Shown here: piece by piece, positions 59,788-64,000 of the stretch
Layout of the letters: each line of letters starts with the position of its first letter
How positions within the stretch are numbered: the stretch's first letter is position 1
Source: Candidatus Hodarchaeota archaeon
Lineage (GTDB): Archaea; Asgardarchaeota; Lokiarchaeia; Sigyniarchaeales; SOKP01
DNA: 64,000 bases
Assembly: GCA_048886685.1 (NCBI GenBank)
Contig: JBHLKM010000016.1
Coordinates: 32,001 to 96,000 of the forward strand
Direction: 5' to 3'
The notes under the pieces: model-generated
What the model was told of the DNA's origin: nothing
Databases searched by the model: none
Seen by the model: the letters and a program-made list of their open reading frames with translations, nothing else
Program-made: the position numbers and the translations under genes

Positions 59788-60909
59788 ATGTTTTTCAATC
59801 ACACTTACTTAGTAAAGGGGTCATTATTTTTGGAAGAGAATTGGAAAGATAATATTCCTACACCTGCTCTTATATTGAATTATGATAAAATGGTTGAAAA
59901 TATTGAGTTAATGGCAAAATTTGCGAAAAGTGATAAAGTAAATTTACGTCCACACGTAAAAACACATAAATGCCCTAAAATTGGTCAGTTGCAATTGAAG
60001 GCAGGGGCTAGAGGGATATGTGTTGCCAGGATTGGAGAAGCCGAAGTTTTTACTCAAAATGGTTTTGATGATATTTTAATAGCAAATCAAGTAGTTGAAA
60101 TTAATCAAATAAAGAGATTAGTTAGCTTAAATAAGCATTCCTTGGTTAGAGTCTGTGTTGATTCAGAGAAAAATATAGTAGACCTAAGTAAATTAGCATT
60201 AAAAGAAAATGTTGAATTAGAAGTGTTAATAGAGGTAGATGTTGGTTTAGGGAGAAATGGTGTTAAGCCAGGTGACCCTGCATTAGAGTTGGGAAACTTT
60301 ATTAAAGTCCAAAAGGGATTAAAGTTGGTTGGAATTCAAGGCTATGAAGGACATTTAATATCAATAAAAGATCCAGAACTTAGAAAACAAAAAACCGAAG
60401 AATGCATGGAAAAATTAGTTCAAACGAGAAATTTACTAAATGATAATGGATTTAACATTGATTATATAACCGCTAGTAATTCGGTTACCTATAAGCATTC
60501 TGCTAAAATTGATGGTATCACTGAAATTCAACCGGGAACTTATATTTTTAATGATGAGCACCATTCTCAATTAGTTCCAGAATTCAACATCGCCACATCA
60601 ATTTTGGGTACAATAACAAATATCCCAGGGAATAGAATATATACTCTAGATATCGGAATGAAAGCGGCTACTAATGACAATGGGTATCCTGTTTTTAAGG
60701 ATTATCCTAAATGTAAGATAAAAGTAATGATGGAGGACCATTCAGTTTTTTTATCTGGAAAACAGGATAGCTTTGAAATCGGACAAAAAATTGAACTTAT
60801 CCCTTCACACATTTGTACAACCGTAAATTTATATGATTTCTATACCGTGATTAAAAATGATGAAGTAATTGCTAAATGGGATATTTTAGCGAGAGGGAAA
60901 AATTATTAA
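59788..60909 (+). CDS. D-threonine aldolase / DSD1-like PLP enzyme (alanine racemase fold)
   Basis: TPAL, RPHVKTHK, GYEGH, EIQPG and PSHICTTVNL. True start may be TTG 59830. Confidence 0.9.
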   Translation: MFFNHTYLVKGSLFLEENWKDNIPTPALILNYDKMVENIELMAKFAKSDKVNLRPHVKTHKCPKIGQLQLKAGARGICVARIGEAEVFTQNGFDDILIANQVVEINQIKRLVSLNKHSLVRVCVDSEKNIVDLSKLALKENVELEVLIEVDVGLGRNGVKPGDPALELGNFIKVQKGLKLVGIQGYEGHLISIKDPELRKQKTEECMEKLVQTRNLLNDNGFNIDYITASNSVTYKHSAKIDGITEIQPGTYIFNDEHHSQLVPEFNIATSILGTITNIPGNRIYTLDIGMKAATNDNGYPVFKDYPKCKIKVMMEDHSVFLSGKQDSFEIGQKIELIPSHICTTVNLYDFYTVIKNDEVIAKWDILARGKNY

Positions 60910-60974
60910 TTATAGTGATTTGCTATAAATAAAAGAATTCCTATTTGAAACTTAAGCTAGGAATAGATTTTTGA

Positions 60975-61703
60975 CTAATTTTGATGCCCAGTTCTTCTTG
61001 CTGCTATTTGGCCAACTTTCCTTCCGGGTGGACGATTTCTGCTGGTTGTGGTAGATTTGTGAGGAGATTGTTTTGCACCACCTCCATAAGGGTGGCTAAC
61101 CGCATTCATAGCCACTCCTCTAGTTACAGGCCACTTTTTCGCTTTAGATTTATTATAATGGAACTTATTACCCGCTTTTAGGAATGGTTTATCTGTACGA
61201 CCTCCTCCAGCAACCACACCTACAGTTGCAAGGCAATTTTCATTTATCCATTTGGTTTTCTTTGATCGAAATAGGAGTTCAACTTTACTCCCAGATCTAT
61301 TTCTTACAATTGCAGCAACGCCAGAAGCTCTAGCAAATTTACCACCATCCTGTGGGGTTGACTCGATATTAAAAACCAATGTCCCTAATGGCATTTTTTT
61401 CAAAGGCAGAATATTTCCAACCTCTACTGCCTGACCATATCCGGTTTTTGATTGGATAAATTCTTGTCCTATATAAATTCCCTCTGGGGGAAGCCAATAT
61501 CCTTTCTCGCCATTATCGTATTGAATTACCGCTACGGGAGCACCTCGTCCCGGTGAATGGATGAGATCTATTACTTTAAATGCAAACAGTTTCTCGTTTT
61601 TTAGGAATGGACGATATTTTACAGCTCCAATGTGACGATGTGAGGGTGATCGAAAGGGTAAAGTCCCTCTACCTTTCCGTTGAGCAAGTATACGTTTTCC
61701 CAT
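60975..61703 (-). CDS. rpl2: Ribosomal protein uL2
   Basis: MGKRILAQRKG and RGVAMNAVSHPYGGG. Confidence 0.97.
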   Translation of the reverse strand: MGKRILAQRKGRGTLPFRSPSHRHIGAVKYRPFLKNEKLFAFKVIDLIHSPGRGAPVAVIQYDNGEKGYWLPPEGIYIGQEFIQSKTGYGQAVEVGNILPLKKMPLGTLVFNIESTPQDGGKFARASGVAAIVRNRSGSKVELLFRSKKTKWINENCLATVGVVAGGGRTDKPFLKAGNKFHYNKSKAKKWPVTRGVAMNAVSHPYGGGAKQSPHKSTTTSRNRPPGRKVGQIAARRTGHQN

Positions 61704-61830
61704 ACGTCTTCACGATATTTTCTGAATATAATTTTAAATTATTTAAACCTTAAATTTTTTATTGTTTTCAATGAAATTTAAGAAATGATTAAGAAAAGAA
61801 TTTATCAAAAACTGCCATGAATCAGGGATT

Positions 61831-63189
61831 TTAGAGTTTATTATTTTTCAAAAGTGTATCAATATCATAGTTAAAAGCAATTGGTAATTCTCTATCAATA
61901 AATTCGCCTGCGATATTTTGGAGCAATAATTTTTTAATTTCTTCGGGATCACTCGTTTGTCCTAAAACCCAGCCTAATTTGACATATCCAACCTCTGGCA
62001 ACAAATTTTTACCTGGTATTATGCCCAAATCTAATAGTTCGCGCCCCGTACTGTAAACTTGCATACCAACAAAACCGTGTAAAGTTTGTGTAGTCATAAG
62101 AATTGTCATTCCCTCTTGTACGGCTCTTTCTATCGAGTTATAGAGATTGGTAGGTAAATGACCTAATCCTGTTCCAGCAAAGACAATCCCTTTATATCCT
62201 TTATCGATATAGAAATCAATCACTTCTGTATCAATTTCAGGATATGAATATATAAGAGCTACCTTGTTTTCAAAGTTAGTAGAAGCTACTGTATTTGAAT
62301 TTGATCTTCTTTTATAATCTTTGGTAAACATCTTAATTTTTCTATCCCGAACCATTCCAAGAGGTATATTATCGATTGTACGGAATGTATCTCTTACAGA
62401 AGAATGCATTTTTCTTACAGTAGTGCCTCTATGGATTAAACCATAATCATGTGAAGTAGAACCTAACATTGAAACAACCACTTCGGCGATGTCAGAACCA
62501 GCTACAATGGCGGCGTTGATTAAATTTAAAGCAGCATCAGAAGAGGGTCTATCAGAACTTCTCTGGCTTCCAACTAACACTACAGGGATTGAAAGTTCCT
62601 TTAGCATGAATGATAGTGCCGCACTCGTAAAAGACATAGTATCTGTTCCATGGCCAATCATAATGCCTTCAATTCCAGAATGTGCTGCTTCTTCAATTTT
62701 CTTAGCTAATTTTTGCCAATACTCATGTTTCATATTCTCAGAGAGGATTTCAAAAACCATTTCACACTCAAGATTGCATATTTCTGCCAATTCTGGAACT
62801 GTGCTAAATAATTCTCCTGGAGTAAAAGAGGGTATTACAGCTCCTGTAGTATAATCTAATCTTGAGGCAACTGTTCCGCCTGTACCTAATAATGTAATAA
62901 TTGGGAGATTTTTGTTTTTTGGAAACTTTTTTTCTGGAATCTTATAAACTGCTTCTCTTTTTCCAATTTTTTTGATCTCTTGAACCTCAGAGACTTTTAT
63001 TCCAATATTATAATTATTTTCTAGCTTAAGATTAATGAAGTTGGGAGCCGAATACTCGCTTCTTGGCAATATAATGCCTTCATAATTGGTTTTTGATGTT
63101 TTAATTTGAACGATATCCCAGATTTCTATTTTATTCTCTTCTAAAAGTTTTTTTCCTTCTGCTTTATATCCTTTTAATTTTTCACTCAA
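61831..63189 (-). CDS. gatD: Glu-tRNA(Gln) amidotransferase subunit D
   Basis: GTGGTVASR, HGTDT and SQRSSDRPSSD. Confidence 0.96.
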   Translation of the reverse strand: MSEKLKGYKAEGKKLLEENKIEIWDIVQIKTSKTNYEGIILPRSEYSAPNFINLKLENNYNIGIKVSEVQEIKKIGKREAVYKIPEKKFPKNKNLPIITLLGTGGTVASRLDYTTGAVIPSFTPGELFSTVPELAEICNLECEMVFEILSENMKHEYWQKLAKKIEEAAHSGIEGIMIGHGTDTMSFTSAALSFMLKELSIPVVLVGSQRSSDRPSSDAALNLINAAIVAGSDIAEVVVSMLGSTSHDYGLIHRGTTVRKMHSSVRDTFRTIDNIPLGMVRDRKIKMFTKDYKRRSNSNTVASTNFENKVALIYSYPEIDTEVIDFYIDKGYKGIVFAGTGLGHLPTNLYNSIERAVQEGMTILMTTQTLHGFVGMQVYSTGRELLDLGIIPGKNLLPEVGYVKLGWVLGQTSDPEEIKKLLLQNIAGEFIDRELPIAFNYDIDTLLKNNKL

Positions 63190-64000
63190 TTATTTCAACT
63201 CCTCTAATTTTTCTTTTATAGCAATTTCCAATTCCTTAGAAACAATAGCACCATCAATTTTACCTCGGGCTTTTTTCATGACTTCTCCCATTAATGGTCC
63301 TTTTGCCCTCATTTCTTTTTCTTTTATCAATTTAGAGTTGTTTTTTATAATCTCTCCAATCATTTCTTTTAGATCTTCTAAAGAAAGTTTTTCGATTTTT
63401 AATTTCTTTTTGATTTGATCAATAGAGAGGTCTGGAGAGTCAGCTTTCAAGCCCATTACTTCTTCAATTGCTTCTTTACTGATTTCTTTTCTCTTCAATA
63501 ACGTAAATATTTCAAGAAAATCATTATCACTAATATTTTCTACATTTTTCCCCTCTCTTCTAAGAGCTGTCGTAGTTTCTAATAAAGTTGTTAATATTAA
63601 AGAGGGATTTTCGGGATATAATTTAATTAAATCATCAAATAAACTGAGTTTTCCCGTAAAAATTAGGTCTTTTATAATTCTTTCTTCAGTTTTATATTTT
63701 TTAGAATATTGTTTTATTGTTATCCATGGGTATTCAGGCAGGCTTTTTTTAATTTCATTAATTTCTTCTTCTAAGTTAAATATAGCTTCTGTATCTGTAT
63801 CAGGATATAGTCTTGCGCCTCCATGGAGTTCTCTTAAAAATTCGGTATTTCCCGTTTCAAGGGCTCTTCTGGTTTCAGGAGGGACACCTTCAAATGCAAA
63901 CTTCACCCGATTAATAATCACTTTCATAGCTTTTTTTATTTCTTTATTAGAACCTAATATTAAAACAAAACAATCATCTTCTTTAGATGATAGTTTTTCT
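63190..64000 (-). CDS. gatE: Glu-tRNA(Gln) amidotransferase subunit E, 3' part (runs off window end)
   Basis: GVPPETR, GARLYPDTD and LMGEVMKKARGKIDG. Directly upstream of gatD. Confidence 0.94.
   Translation of the reverse strand, partial: EKLSSKEDDCFVLILGSNKEIKKAMKVIINRVKFAFEGVPPETRRALETGNTEFLRELHGGARLYPDTDTEAIFNLEEEINEIKKSLPEYPWITIKQYSKKYKTEERIIKDLIFTGKLSLFDDLIKLYPENPSLILTTLLETTTALRREGKNVENISDNDFLEIFTLLKRKEISKEAIEEVMGLKADSPDLSIDQIKKKLKIEKLSLEDLKEMIGEIIKNNSKLIKEKEMRAKGPLMGEVMKKARGKIDGAIVSKELEIAIKEKLEELK

Noticed and set aside
3819-62854. Numerous short antisense or overlapping ORFs in the track (e.g. 4074..4511, 17541..17900, 35240..35560, 62489..62854)
   Set aside because: They are shadows of well-supported genes on the opposite strand, with no motifs of their own.
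1-64000. CRISPR arrays, rRNA genes, IS elements, integrases, SECIS-dependent selenoproteins
   Set aside because: I saw no regularly spaced repeats, rRNA-like GC-rich tract, transposase or integrase motifs, or conserved in-frame TGA.

Overview
AT-rich archaeal chromosome segment, most consistent with an Asgard archaeon of the Lokiarchaeia type. The evidence is a profilin-like gene, a LamG/DUF2341 surface protein with a longin/uDENN-like tail, and archaeal information genes. Most of the window is housekeeping: SRP54, aIF5A, NAD kinase, Nob1, FEN1, CDC48, a four-subunit 2-oxoacid:ferredoxin oxidoreductase, Sua5/Cgi121/Pcc1, an ECF transporter, the psmA-SBDS-exosome cluster, rpl2 and gatDE. There are four tRNAs, two of which carry bulge-helix-bulge (BHB) introns. 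The main discovery is a phosphofructokinase gene (18592..19801, minus) that the ORF track shows as broken. It is interrupted by two tiny inserts of 31 and 30 nt. Each splits the Asp codon of a conserved GGD motif at the same sequence (CGGYGGAG^AC), and each folds into a relaxed BHB motif like the neighbouring tRNA introns. Removing both restores an intact 382-aa PPi-type PFK. This points to tRNA-endonuclease-type mRNA splicing of a glycolytic gene. Other signals include recurrent ATA/ATT/ATC starts behind Shine-Dalgarno-like motifs, a T-loop tRNA intron next to a free-standing LAGLIDADG endonuclease, and tandem RHH-HisKA-receiver regulators sharing a TTGT-NN-ACAA upstream motif with a TFB paralogue. 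All calls come from reading the sequence; no searches were run.
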